Part shown: positions 1-8,801 of the stretch, piece after piece
Numbering within the stretch: the stretch's first letter is position 1
Layout of the letters: each line of letters opens with the position of its first letter
NCBI GenBank assembly: GCA_913058405.1
Contig: CAJXRC010000002.1
Span: 2,932-66,931 of the forward strand
Length of the DNA stretch: 64,000 bases
Direction: 5' to 3'
DNA from: an uncultured Colwellia sp.
GTDB taxonomy: Bacteria > Pseudomonadota > Gammaproteobacteria > Enterobacterales > Alteromonadaceae
Notes under the pieces: model-generated
Seen by the model: only the letters and a program-made list of their open reading frames with translations
What the model was told of the DNA's origin: nothing
Database searches by the model: none
Made by a program: the position numbers and the translations under genes

Positions 1-1
1 C

Positions 2-1861
2 ACTTCAATGTATCAAGAGACAGGTTTAGCAACTGACTTTCACGCAAAAAAAGCGGATCGTTTAACTGATTCACTTTCTATTGGGTTGAACTTTGATTGG
101 GATGTTAATGATAACTTAAATATGAAGTTTGATTTTAGTAACTCAACAGCTAAAAGAGAACCCAATAATGGCCGCGGTGGTAGTTTAGCGTTATTAGGGT
201 ATGCCAACCGAGTTCAATGGAATCTTGATGACAATATTTTGCCTTACTATTCTGATTTTGCAACTCCAAACCCTTCAATTTACAGCGGTCAGCAAGAAGG
301 AGATGGTGTTAACCAAGATCCAAATAGCCCTGACTATGTCGCTCCTAAAGGTGTTTCGGATTATTTAGATACTGCAAATAGTCGTGCTCATGTAATGATT
401 CGAGACAGTAAAGAAGTTGAAGATGTTGTTACACAAGTTAAGTGGGATAGTCTTTGGTTATCGGATGGAGACACCGGTTTCGCTGCTGCCCGTTTCGGAG
501 CAATGTACTCTACTGAAACTAAAACGGTAAACTCTTGGGATAATACGACTAGCGGAATTCATTGTACTTATTGTAATTACCAAGATTTTCCTGATGTTAG
601 TGACTTCCCTCAAGAAGTATTTGATGCAGGAAATGACTTTTTAAGTGGTGTTAGTGGCAGCGGTCGTACACCTTCACAATGGTTAACTTTTGATGGGGAA
701 GCGTTATTTGATTTCTTAGGCTCTGTTGAAGGTGTTGATTTTAATGCCGTAAAAACTAATAACTCTTTTGAAGTTGAAGAAGAGACGACTGCTTTTTATC
801 TCGAACTCGATTTTGAAGGTGAGATAGCAGGTATGCCTCTTTATACTACTGGTGGCTTTCGTTACGAAAGTACTGATGTGACGGTAGGCGCTACCCAAGC
901 AAATGTACAGCGATTAGATATTCTTGATGCAACTGAAATGCTAGCAGTGTATGGACCAGCTTCAGGGTTTGATGAAAAGAGTAGTTATGCTCAAATTTTA
1001 CCAAATTTTAGTACTAAGTTAGAGATTACAGATGAACTTATTGCTCGTGTTGCTGCATCTAGAAGTATTTCACGACCTACTTTAAATAGTTTACGTCCAA
1101 TTACGTCATTAGATACTGTGCGTCAAGGTAACTTACAATCTTCTAGTGGTAATGCAGAATTAGTACCGTTTAGTTCTGATAACTTAGACTTGTCAATTGA
1201 ATGGTACTATGGCGATGCTAGTTATATTTCAGCGGGTTATTTCAGAAAACATGTTGCTAACTTTATAACCAGTAGTAAAAACCCTAAAACCTTTGTTACT
1301 GCTGATGGTAGCTTGTTAACAGATCCTTCTACAGGAAGTGATGTTAGTGCGCCAGATGCCGATGATCAAGTGGCTGTGTTTACCAATACAGCGCCAAGTA
1401 ACGGCGAGTCAGCAGTCGTGGATGGTTGGGAACTCGCGGCACAACATACTTTTGATTCTGGTTTTGGCCTGCTTGCTAATGCGACACTTGTAGATAGTGA
1501 TGCTGACTTAGATAATGCTGATATCACTCAAGTTTTTGCGTTAACAGGATTAAGTGATTCAACTAACCTTATCGCTTTCTATGAAAGTGGTCCTTTCCAA
1601 GGCCGTATCGCCTATAACTGGCGCGATACCTTTCTACAAAGCCTTACTCAAGGCGGTGGAGATGGGGTAACTTACGTTGAAGCCTATTCTCAGTGGGATG
1701 CAAGCGCGAGTTATGACATCACTGATAAAATTACTGTTTTTGTTGAAGGCATTAACTTAACTGAAGAATATACACATAGTCGTGGCCGATTTTCTAATCA
1801 AATATTAGATGTTGTTGATAGCGGTCGTCGTATTTCATTCGGTGTACGTGGTTCATTTTAA
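2..1861 (+). CDS. TonB-dependent outer-membrane receptor, C-terminal ~620 aa (5' end lies upstream of the window)
   Basis: The reading frame is open to the window edge. The sequence has beta-barrel-like composition rich in D/N/G/S/T/Y. It ends in RISFGVRGSF, a terminal aromatic residue typical of TonB-dependent receptors. Confidence 0.85.
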   Translation, partial: TSMYQETGLATDFHAKKADRLTDSLSIGLNFDWDVNDNLNMKFDFSNSTAKREPNNGRGGSLALLGYANRVQWNLDDNILPYYSDFATPNPSIYSGQQEGDGVNQDPNSPDYVAPKGVSDYLDTANSRAHVMIRDSKEVEDVVTQVKWDSLWLSDGDTGFAAARFGAMYSTETKTVNSWDNTTSGIHCTYCNYQDFPDVSDFPQEVFDAGNDFLSGVSGSGRTPSQWLTFDGEALFDFLGSVEGVDFNAVKTNNSFEVEEETTAFYLELDFEGEIAGMPLYTTGGFRYESTDVTVGATQANVQRLDILDATEMLAVYGPASGFDEKSSYAQILPNFSTKLEITDELIARVAASRSISRPTLNSLRPITSLDTVRQGNLQSSSGNAELVPFSSDNLDLSIEWYYGDASYISAGYFRKHVANFITSSKNPKTFVTADGSLLTDPSTGSDVSAPDADDQVAVFTNTAPSNGESAVVDGWELAAQHTFDSGFGLLANATLVDSDADLDNADITQVFALTGLSDSTNLIAFYESGPFQGRIAYNWRDTFLQSLTQGGGDGVTYVEAYSQWDASASYDITDKITVFVEGINLTEEYTHSRGRFSNQILDVVDSGRRISFGVRGSF

Positions 1862-1883
1862 TTAGCGTAATTATTTGAACAGG

Positions 1884-1909
1884 AAGGTTTCTTTTATAGA
1901 AGAAACCTT
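1884..1909 (+). terminator. Stem-loop after the receptor gene
   Basis: Perfect 10-bp inverted repeat aaggtttctt / aagaaacctt with a 6-nt loop, 23 nt after the stop codon. There is no clear U-tract. Confidence 0.45.
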
Positions 1910-2172
1910 ATGCCAATTTCACTAAGTTAGAGAGCCTATTGTTCGTGGGAAAATAGTTCATTGCTAGGTGCTTGATTGACCAATAGCTGGCTATTGGAAT
2001 TGAGAGTCATTCCGTCTTGGACCATTCTATTTACCCGAAATAGACAATAACTTTATGGGATTGGCATTTTCCCTGTATTTATAAGCAAGCAAATTTATAG
2101 AGAGTTTGTTTGCCTATGCGTATAACTCACTTTTCTGTATAAAAGAATTAACACACTACTGGGTCATACAAT

Positions 2173-3762
2173 ATGAATAAATTAACAAAAACAGTGGTCA
2201 TTGTTGGCGGAGGAATTGCCGGATGGTTAACTGCTGGGCGATTAGCGGCTAAACACAAAAGCAATACCGAGCAAGGTTTAAACGTTATTCTTATTGAATC
2301 AGCTAATATTCCTGCCGTAGGAGTTGGTGAAGGTACCTGGCCAACTATGCGTAGCACGCTAAAAGCGTTAGGTATTAGTGAAACCGATTTTATTATTGAA
2401 TGTGAGGCTAGCTTCAAACAAGGGGCTAAGTTTGCTAAGTGGTTTGACGGCTCTGAAGATGATTTTTATTACCACCCCCTAGTTTTACCCCAAGGATTTG
2501 GCAAAACAAATTTAGCGGCACATTGGTTGGCTAAGCAAACTCAAGTAAAGCAAAAAAATAATCATGTTAACTCATTTTCAAACGAAGTTTGTTTTCAGGA
2601 AGCTATTTGTGAACAAGGGCTAGCTCCCAAAACCATTCGTCATGCCGAATTTTCTGATGTAGCAAACTATGCTTACCACTTAGACTCAGCGAAGTTTGCC
2701 GTATTTTTACAAAAGCATTGCCAAGAAAAACTAGGTGTTACACATATAGTTGATGATGTTATTGGAATTAATAGTGCTATGAATGATGCCGATGATAGTG
2801 CTCACAAAGGCGATATTATTTCTGTAAGCACCAAAGATCATGGTGATATTGCCGGTGAACTTTTTGTTGATTGCACCGGTTTCTCATCACTTTTACTCGG
2901 TAAACATTATCAAGTACCTTTTAAAAAATGTGATGATATTTTATTTATTGATACTGCACTCGCAGTACAAGTGCCTTATGACTCAAAAGATTCACCTATC
3001 GCCTCGCATACTATCTCTACTGGTCAAGAAGCCGGTTGGATTTGGGATATTGGCTTACAACATCGTCGTGGTGTTGGTTATGTATACTCCAGTAAACACT
3101 CAACAGAAGCAGAAGCTAGAGCAGTGCTTGCTGAATATGTTGGTGATAAGTTTTCATCATTAAACGTGCGAAAAATTCCTATTGTAAGTGGTCATAGAGA
3201 GAGATTTTGGCAAAATAATTGTGTTGCGGTAGGTTTGTCTGCAGGTTTTTTAGAGCCGCTTGAAGCCTCCGCTCTAGTTATGGTTGAGCTGGCGGCACAA
3301 ATGATTAGTGAGCAATTACCTACTTCTCGAGAGGTTATGGATGTGGTTGCGAAGCGATTTAATGAAACGGCGTTATATCGTTGGGATAGAATTATTGATT
3401 TCTTAAAATTACATTATATTTTAAGTGAGCGGACAGAGCCGTTTTGGACCGATAATAGAGACTTAAAAACTATTCCACAAAGTTTACAAGACTTGATTGT
3501 TGAGTGGAAATATCGTGCCCCGGCCGATCATGACTTCACCAGTAATAATGAAGTCTTTCCTGCGGCGAGTTATCAATATGTACTGTATGGAATGGGCTTT
3601 AAAAGTGATTATTGTCATACCCCATATGCGATTGATGATGGTGATTTTGCGGATGGTCAGTTTAAACAAAACAAAGTCTTAATTGATAAAGCGTTATCGT
3701 CATTACCCAGTAACCGAGAATTATTAGATAAAATTAAAAGCTATGGCTTTAGTCGAATTTAG
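2173..3762 (+). CDS. Flavin-dependent halogenase-like protein (tryptophan halogenase family)
   Basis: N-terminal GxGxxG (VIVGGGIAGW), a GVGEGT flavin motif, a conserved Lys context (SFKQGAKFAKW) and a WIWDIG motif related to halogenase WxWxIP. Length is 529 aa. It is followed by SapC, as is typical in Alteromonadales and Xanthomonas loci. Confidence 0.8.
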   Translation: MNKLTKTVVIVGGGIAGWLTAGRLAAKHKSNTEQGLNVILIESANIPAVGVGEGTWPTMRSTLKALGISETDFIIECEASFKQGAKFAKWFDGSEDDFYYHPLVLPQGFGKTNLAAHWLAKQTQVKQKNNHVNSFSNEVCFQEAICEQGLAPKTIRHAEFSDVANYAYHLDSAKFAVFLQKHCQEKLGVTHIVDDVIGINSAMNDADDSAHKGDIISVSTKDHGDIAGELFVDCTGFSSLLLGKHYQVPFKKCDDILFIDTALAVQVPYDSKDSPIASHTISTGQEAGWIWDIGLQHRRGVGYVYSSKHSTEAEARAVLAEYVGDKFSSLNVRKIPIVSGHRERFWQNNCVAVGLSAGFLEPLEASALVMVELAAQMISEQLPTSREVMDVVAKRFNETALYRWDRIIDFLKLHYILSERTEPFWTDNRDLKTIPQSLQDLIVEWKYRAPADHDFTSNNEVFPAASYQYVLYGMGFKSDYCHTPYAIDDGDFADGQFKQNKVLIDKALSSLPSNRELLDKIKSYGFSRI

Positions 3763-3828
3763 TTACTTTGTCTGATCCACTGGATATAAGCGTTTGAAAA
3801 TTTAGCATCACCTAAAGAGTAATAATAA

Positions 3829-4557
3829 ATGGCACAGTTAGTTGCAATAGATAATCAAAATCACCTTAACTTAAAAGTAGATGCGGCTAAGGCTGAATTA
3901 CATGGCGCGGGGTTACACTTAGTGCCCGCAGTTATGTCTGAGTTTACCAATATGGCGGTACAGTATCCTTTAGTTATTACTAAAAATGCTGATACTGGGC
4001 AGTTTGTGGTTGCTGCAATGTTAGGTTTTGAGTCGGGTGAAAACTTATTTTGGCGAGGTGGTCAGTGGCAAGGTTTATATTTGCCTTTACAAATTAGACG
4101 GCAGCCATTTTTTGTCGGTAACCCCGAACAAAACAGTGAACAAAAAGTTGCTGGCGATTATGTTGTCTGCTTTGATAGTGAAAGCCCTGCAATAACTTCC
4201 AATGACGGCCAGGCATTATTTAGCGAAGATGGTGTGGACACTGAATATTTTCAACAAGCCAAGTTTTGTCTTGCGCAGTTATTAGAAGGCGAGTTAGCAA
4301 ATAAAAAGTTACTTGAGCAACTACAAAGCATGGAATTATTGCAAATGATGCAAATGGAAGTCACTTTTGCTAATCAGCAAAGTACCACCTTGAATGGTTT
4401 ATATACCATTGATACAGAAAAACTTGCCGCCTTATCAGCTGAGAAAATAGCAAGTTTGCATAAAGCTGGACTGCTGCAAGCAATCTACACCTTAATTACT
4501 TCGCTTGGTCAAATTCATCATTTGATTGATTTGAAAAATAAACAACTGGGTTGTTAG
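3829..4557 (+). CDS. SapC family protein
   Basis: ~240 aa soluble protein in the canonical position after a halogenase-like gene and a TonB receptor. The call rests on family recall plus gene context only. Confidence 0.6.
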   Translation: MAQLVAIDNQNHLNLKVDAAKAELHGAGLHLVPAVMSEFTNMAVQYPLVITKNADTGQFVVAAMLGFESGENLFWRGGQWQGLYLPLQIRRQPFFVGNPEQNSEQKVAGDYVVCFDSESPAITSNDGQALFSEDGVDTEYFQQAKFCLAQLLEGELANKKLLEQLQSMELLQMMQMEVTFANQQSTTLNGLYTIDTEKLAALSAEKIASLHKAGLLQAIYTLITSLGQIHHLIDLKNKQLGC

Positions 4558-5277
4558 TTGTTACCTATGTTTGATTTTAGCTTAAATAGCCAACCAACCT
4601 TAACAAAGCATTTAATTGGTGAAGAGAAAATCCCTTTACTGATTATTGATAACTTTGCCAATTCAGTGACTGATTTAGTTGAGTTTGCTGGAGACGGTTC
4701 GTCTTTTCAGGCGGATAAGACTAATTTTTATCCGGGTAAACGTAAGTTAATGCCAAGCGAATATGGTGAGCAGATATGTCGTCAATATTTACCCTTATTT
4801 CACTCTTTTTTTGACTGTCCACAAACGAGTGCAGCCAAAACTGTTCTATCCGCCTTAGCGGTTGCAGATACGCCAGTAAAACAATTACGTCCTATGCAAA
4901 TGCTGCCTCATATTGATACCCCGCAAAGTAATCAATTTGCTGTAGTGCATTACTTATGTAATCAAGACCATGGTGGCACGTCTTTTTATCGTCATAAAGA
5001 AACCAGTTATCAAACGATTACCCAAGACCGGTTATATAACTATGCTAACCAAGTAAAAAAAGAAGCTATAGCGAATCAAATACATAAAAAACCTCGCTAT
5101 ATGAATGGTAGCGACAAACTATTTGAGCAGCTATATTCAGTAGAAGCTCGAATGAATAGGGCTATTATCTATCCAAGTAATTTACTGCACTCAGGTAATG
5201 TAAATACAGCTTTAGGTTTGTCATCGGTACCAAAAAAAGGTCGTTTGACTATCGGTAGTTTTATTTTACTCGAATGA
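4558..5277 (+). CDS. Cupin / 2OG-Fe(II)-oxygenase-like protein (HxD...H)
   Basis: LPHIDTP (HxD) and a distal LLHSG His fit a 2-His-1-carboxylate facial triad. A TTG start abuts the SapC stop; an alternative ATG lies at 4567. Confidence 0.55.
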   Translation: MLPMFDFSLNSQPTLTKHLIGEEKIPLLIIDNFANSVTDLVEFAGDGSSFQADKTNFYPGKRKLMPSEYGEQICRQYLPLFHSFFDCPQTSAAKTVLSALAVADTPVKQLRPMQMLPHIDTPQSNQFAVVHYLCNQDHGGTSFYRHKETSYQTITQDRLYNYANQVKKEAIANQIHKKPRYMNGSDKLFEQLYSVEARMNRAIIYPSNLLHSGNVNTALGLSSVPKKGRLTIGSFILLE

Positions 5278-5404
5278 CTTTTTTGTCACTTTTATCTTTT
5301 TTGTACTTCTTTATGTAAAACACTAGCGGAAAATTATTTGTCATTCGTCTTATAGGGTAAGCAATAGATAAAAAATAAAATTCACACTTAGCTAAACCTA
5401 AAAA

Positions 5405-5989
5405 GTGAAAGACAATATTATGATAAAAGAAAGTACATTACACATCAGTTTTATGGCTGTAAGGCAGACAATGCGCAGAGTGATCTCGCGCATTGTGCCG
5501 CCGCGAGAAGTGGAAGATATCGTACAAGAAACCTATGTACGTATATGCCAAGTTGAGAATAAAGAAGCAATTAAGCAACCTAGATCTTTTTTGTTAAAAA
5601 CGGCAAAAAATTTAGCTATAGATCACCTTAAACGAGCGGATGTTAGGCTCGTAGATGCAGTAGATAATATGGCTGAATTTGAACATTTAGTCAGTGCGGA
5701 TGATGCAATATATCAGCAAGTTGCAACGGATAAAGAGTTTGCTCAATACTGTGAAGCAATAAGACAATTACCAATACAGTGCCGTAAAGCTTTTGTATTA
5801 AAAAAAGTGTATGGCTACTCGCAAAAAGAAATCGCGAAAAAACTGGCAATCAGTGAAAGCACAGTTGAAAAACATATTGGCCTCGGCGTTAAACGCTGTA
5901 CCTATTTTATGATGCAGTTAACTAAAGAAGAAAGAACGGAAACAATGAAAAATAGTAAAAAAACACATCAAGTAAGAAGGGATCTCTGA
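5405..5989 (+). CDS. ECF (sigma-70 family, FecI-like) RNA polymerase sigma factor
   Basis: Region 2 motif EDIVQETYVRI and a region 4 HTH (YSQKEIAKKLAISESTVEKHI). The stop overlaps the start of the FecR-like gene (TGATG). The start is uncertain: GTG 5405, or ATG at 5420 or 5453. Confidence 0.85.
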   Translation: MKDNIMIKESTLHISFMAVRQTMRRVISRIVPPREVEDIVQETYVRICQVENKEAIKQPRSFLLKTAKNLAIDHLKRADVRLVDAVDNMAEFEHLVSADDAIYQQVATDKEFAQYCEAIRQLPIQCRKAFVLKKVYGYSQKEIAKKLAISESTVEKHIGLGVKRCTYFMMQLTKEERTETMKNSKKTHQVRRDL

Positions 5990-7026
5990 TGACTAACGTT
6001 TATTCTCTTAATAATGACGATGAGGTTATGTTTGACCAAGCCAGTATTTGGATTGCTAGAATGGATCGAAGCTTAACTGAGCTTGAGCAGGCAGAATTTA
6101 AAGCGTGGTTGTCAGAAAGTGAACAGCACCAAAAGTTAATTATAGAAATGGCCAGCATGTGGGATAAAATGGACTCTCTTGACCGTCTTGCTGATCTTTT
6201 TCCAACGTCGGATAAAACAGACTCTAAATTTAAATCAGCACCTAAAACAGCACAATGGCCGCTAGCATTTGCAGCCTCACTGGTACTGGCCCTATTTGTT
6301 GTTTTCTTTACCGATATTACCTTGAGTTCTTTATGGCAAGAAGAACAACAATTTGTCCGTTATGAAACCGCAGTAGGTGAAAGCAGTACTATTTATTTAC
6401 CTGATAACTCAAAAGTGTTACTCAATACTGATAGTGTTTTATTAGTGCGATATACCGATGATTATCGCTTACTTGACTTACAACGTGGTGAGCTACATGT
6501 TGAAGTTGCCCATGACAAATCTAGACCATTAAGCGTTGTTGCTAATCACAAAGTAATTCAAGCCGTGGGTACTGCTTTTAGCGTGCAAGTAAAGGCGAGT
6601 GAGGTAGAGCTTATTGTTACTGAAGGTAAAGTTATCATTGGTCAACTAAATGAAAAGCAAGAAGTTAATGAAACAGCCCTAGTCATACCATCGAGTTCCC
6701 TAGCGGTTTCTGAAGGTGAGATTGCCTCATTAGCGGTCGCTAATAGCGTCTCAGTTATTGACAATAAGGCGATCAAAAAAAGCCTATCTTGGCGACAAGG
6801 AAATTTAGTTTTTAATGGTGAGACCTTAGCTGAAGCAATGGAAGAAGTTAGTCGTTATACCTCGGTGACATTCGAGATTGCAGATGAAGATTTGAAAAAG
6901 ATAAAAATAGCAGGTCGCTTTAAAACCGGCGACGTTAAAGGGTTAATCTCAGTGCTCAAACATAACTTTAATATTAAAACTGATCGAGTTAATAAAGGAT
7001 TAGTGGTATTAAGAAAACAAAGTTGA
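5989..7026 (+). CDS. FecR-family anti-sigma factor / transmembrane sensor
   Basis: N-terminal anti-sigma domain (ASIWIARMD, W-rich), a single TM segment (WPLAFAASLVLALFVVFF) and a periplasmic FecR-like domain. It is translationally coupled to the ECF sigma gene. Confidence 0.85.
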   Translation: MTNVYSLNNDDEVMFDQASIWIARMDRSLTELEQAEFKAWLSESEQHQKLIIEMASMWDKMDSLDRLADLFPTSDKTDSKFKSAPKTAQWPLAFAASLVLALFVVFFTDITLSSLWQEEQQFVRYETAVGESSTIYLPDNSKVLLNTDSVLLVRYTDDYRLLDLQRGELHVEVAHDKSRPLSVVANHKVIQAVGTAFSVQVKASEVELIVTEGKVIIGQLNEKQEVNETALVIPSSSLAVSEGEIASLAVANSVSVIDNKAIKKSLSWRQGNLVFNGETLAEAMEEVSRYTSVTFEIADEDLKKIKIAGRFKTGDVKGLISVLKHNFNIKTDRVNKGLVVLRKQS

Positions 7027-7216
7027 TTACTATTTAATTCAGCCTAACAAACTCCCTTTGCCAAGTAGAATGCTGTTTCAGTTTACCACTGAGATCAATT
7101 TTATTTGGCACTTTTTAATTATGAAATATTCTGCTTAGACAGCACCATTTTACTTGTAAAGTGTCTTAGTTGAGTGCTCTTTTTAAAACAATATAATAAT
7201 AAAAGGATATAAATAA

Positions 7217-8653
7217 ATGGCCTACTCTGAGCCTGATAATTCAATTCAAAAACTGCATGACACTGAAGAAGTTCAAACCTCATTTTTATACGTACTATTT
7301 ATCTCCTCTGTGGCGGCTATCGGTGGTTTTCTATTTGGTTTTGATTCCGGTGTTATTAACGGCACAGTAACTGCGTTAGGGAACGCTTTTAACGCTAGCG
7401 ACGTAGCAAGTGGCTTTAATGTCGCCTCGGTACTTTTAGGTTGTGCGGTTGGGGCCTTGATGGCAGGACCGATATCTGATCGTTTTGGCCGTAAGCCTAT
7501 CATGATCATTACAGCAATTATTTTTGCTATTAGCGCATTTGGCTCTGGTATATCAAGTTCATCTGCTGAATTCATTTTTTATCGACTGATTGGTGGCCTA
7601 GGCATAGGCGCTGCGTCAGTACTAGCCCCTGCTTACATTGCCGAAGTGGCACCAGCAGCGTTACGAGGTCGTTTAGCTACTTTGCAACAATTAGCTATTG
7701 TACTTGGCTTGTTTGCCGCTTTTTTAAGTAACTTCCTGATTGCTTCTGTTTCTGGTGGTGCCGAAGCTCTACTGATGTTTGATATTGCTGCTTGGCGTTG
7801 GATGTTCTGGGTAGAGTTACTACCAGCAGTATTATTTTTATTGGGTGTGATATTAATTCCTGAATCACCACGCTACTTAGTGGCTCAAGGTAAGATTGAG
7901 GAAGCAAGAAGCATATTCAAACGCATTGCAACAGGCATTGAAGATGAGCAAATAGCAGAAGTTAAAAAATCCCTGCATGGCGATAAAAAACCTAGTATCG
8001 CCGATCTTTTTATTGATGGTAAGAAAAAAATTCATCCAATTATTTGGGTTGGTATAGGGCTATCGGTATTTCAGCAGTTTGTCGGTATTAACGTAGTTTT
8101 TTATTATGGAGCTGAGCTTTGGCAAGCGGCAGGTTTTGACGAATCACAATCGTTATTTATAAACCTTATCGCAGGTACAACCAATATAATCTCAACTTTC
8201 ATTGCTATCGCCCTAGTGGACAAAATTGGCCGTAAACCGTTATTACTGGTGGGTAGTGTTGGCATGTTTATCAGCTTAGGTGCTCTGAGCTTTATTTTTG
8301 GTACAGGTGGTTTAGATGAAGCAGGTAAATTGGCATTAAGTGATACTACAGGCACAGTAGCCTTGGTCATGGCTAATTTATTTGTGGTGTTTTTTGGCTT
8401 AAGTTGGGGCCCTATCGTATGGGTATTATTAGGGGAAATGTTTAATAACCGTATCCGTGGTGCTGCTTTAGCTATCGCTGCAAGTGCTCAATGGTTAGCA
8501 AATTTCGCAATTACCATGACTTTCCCTATATTGTTAGGCAGCTTTGGTTTGGCTGGCGCCTATGGCTTATACACAGTATCAGCATTGCTAAGTATTTTCT
8601 TTGTAATCAAATATATAAAAGAAACACGCGGCGTTCGTTTAGAGGAAATGTAA
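7217..8653 (+). CDS. MFS sugar porter (glucose/galactose-type sugar:H+ symporter)
   Basis: Sugar-porter signatures are present: SDRFGRKP, PESPRYL and the C-terminal KETRG. About 12 hydrophobic segments. Glucokinase lies immediately downstream. Confidence 0.9.
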   Translation: MAYSEPDNSIQKLHDTEEVQTSFLYVLFISSVAAIGGFLFGFDSGVINGTVTALGNAFNASDVASGFNVASVLLGCAVGALMAGPISDRFGRKPIMIITAIIFAISAFGSGISSSSAEFIFYRLIGGLGIGAASVLAPAYIAEVAPAALRGRLATLQQLAIVLGLFAAFLSNFLIASVSGGAEALLMFDIAAWRWMFWVELLPAVLFLLGVILIPESPRYLVAQGKIEEARSIFKRIATGIEDEQIAEVKKSLHGDKKPSIADLFIDGKKKIHPIIWVGIGLSVFQQFVGINVVFYYGAELWQAAGFDESQSLFINLIAGTTNIISTFIAIALVDKIGRKPLLLVGSVGMFISLGALSFIFGTGGLDEAGKLALSDTTGTVALVMANLFVVFFGLSWGPIVWVLLGEMFNNRIRGAALAIAASAQWLANFAITMTFPILLGSFGLAGAYGLYTVSALLSIFFVIKYIKETRGVRLEEM

Positions 8654-8801
8654 AAAGTCACTACGCCATAATTTGTAAACCATTATAAGTTGGGGTGATT
8701 ATTAACGACTGTCTATGCGTACTAAGCTACTTGGAGTTGCCGCTTTATGTGGCTTAGTTAGAGAAATTAGTCATATCCATTTGGAATAGCGATAAGTAAA
8801 T

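Noticed and set aside
2148-2417. 89-aa minus-strand ORF overlapping the start of the halogenase-like gene
   Set aside because: It is antisense to a well-supported CDS, has no motifs or RBS, and its Pro/Ala/Val-rich composition is typical of a shadow ORF.
5329-5346. Fur box upstream of the ECF sigma gene (gaaaattatttgtcattc)
   Set aside because: It cannot be aligned to the 19-bp Fur consensus without gaps, and only scattered matches remain.
7106-7121. TGGCAC-ttttt-aatta upstream of the MFS gene as a sigma-54 promoter
   Set aside because: The -24 element is perfect, but there is no TTGC-like -12 element at the required spacing.
7273-8370. Three minus-strand ORFs (7273-7575, 7695-7907, 8104-8370) inside the MFS transporter gene
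   Set aside because: These are antisense shadow ORFs of a gene that carries clear sugar-porter signatures.
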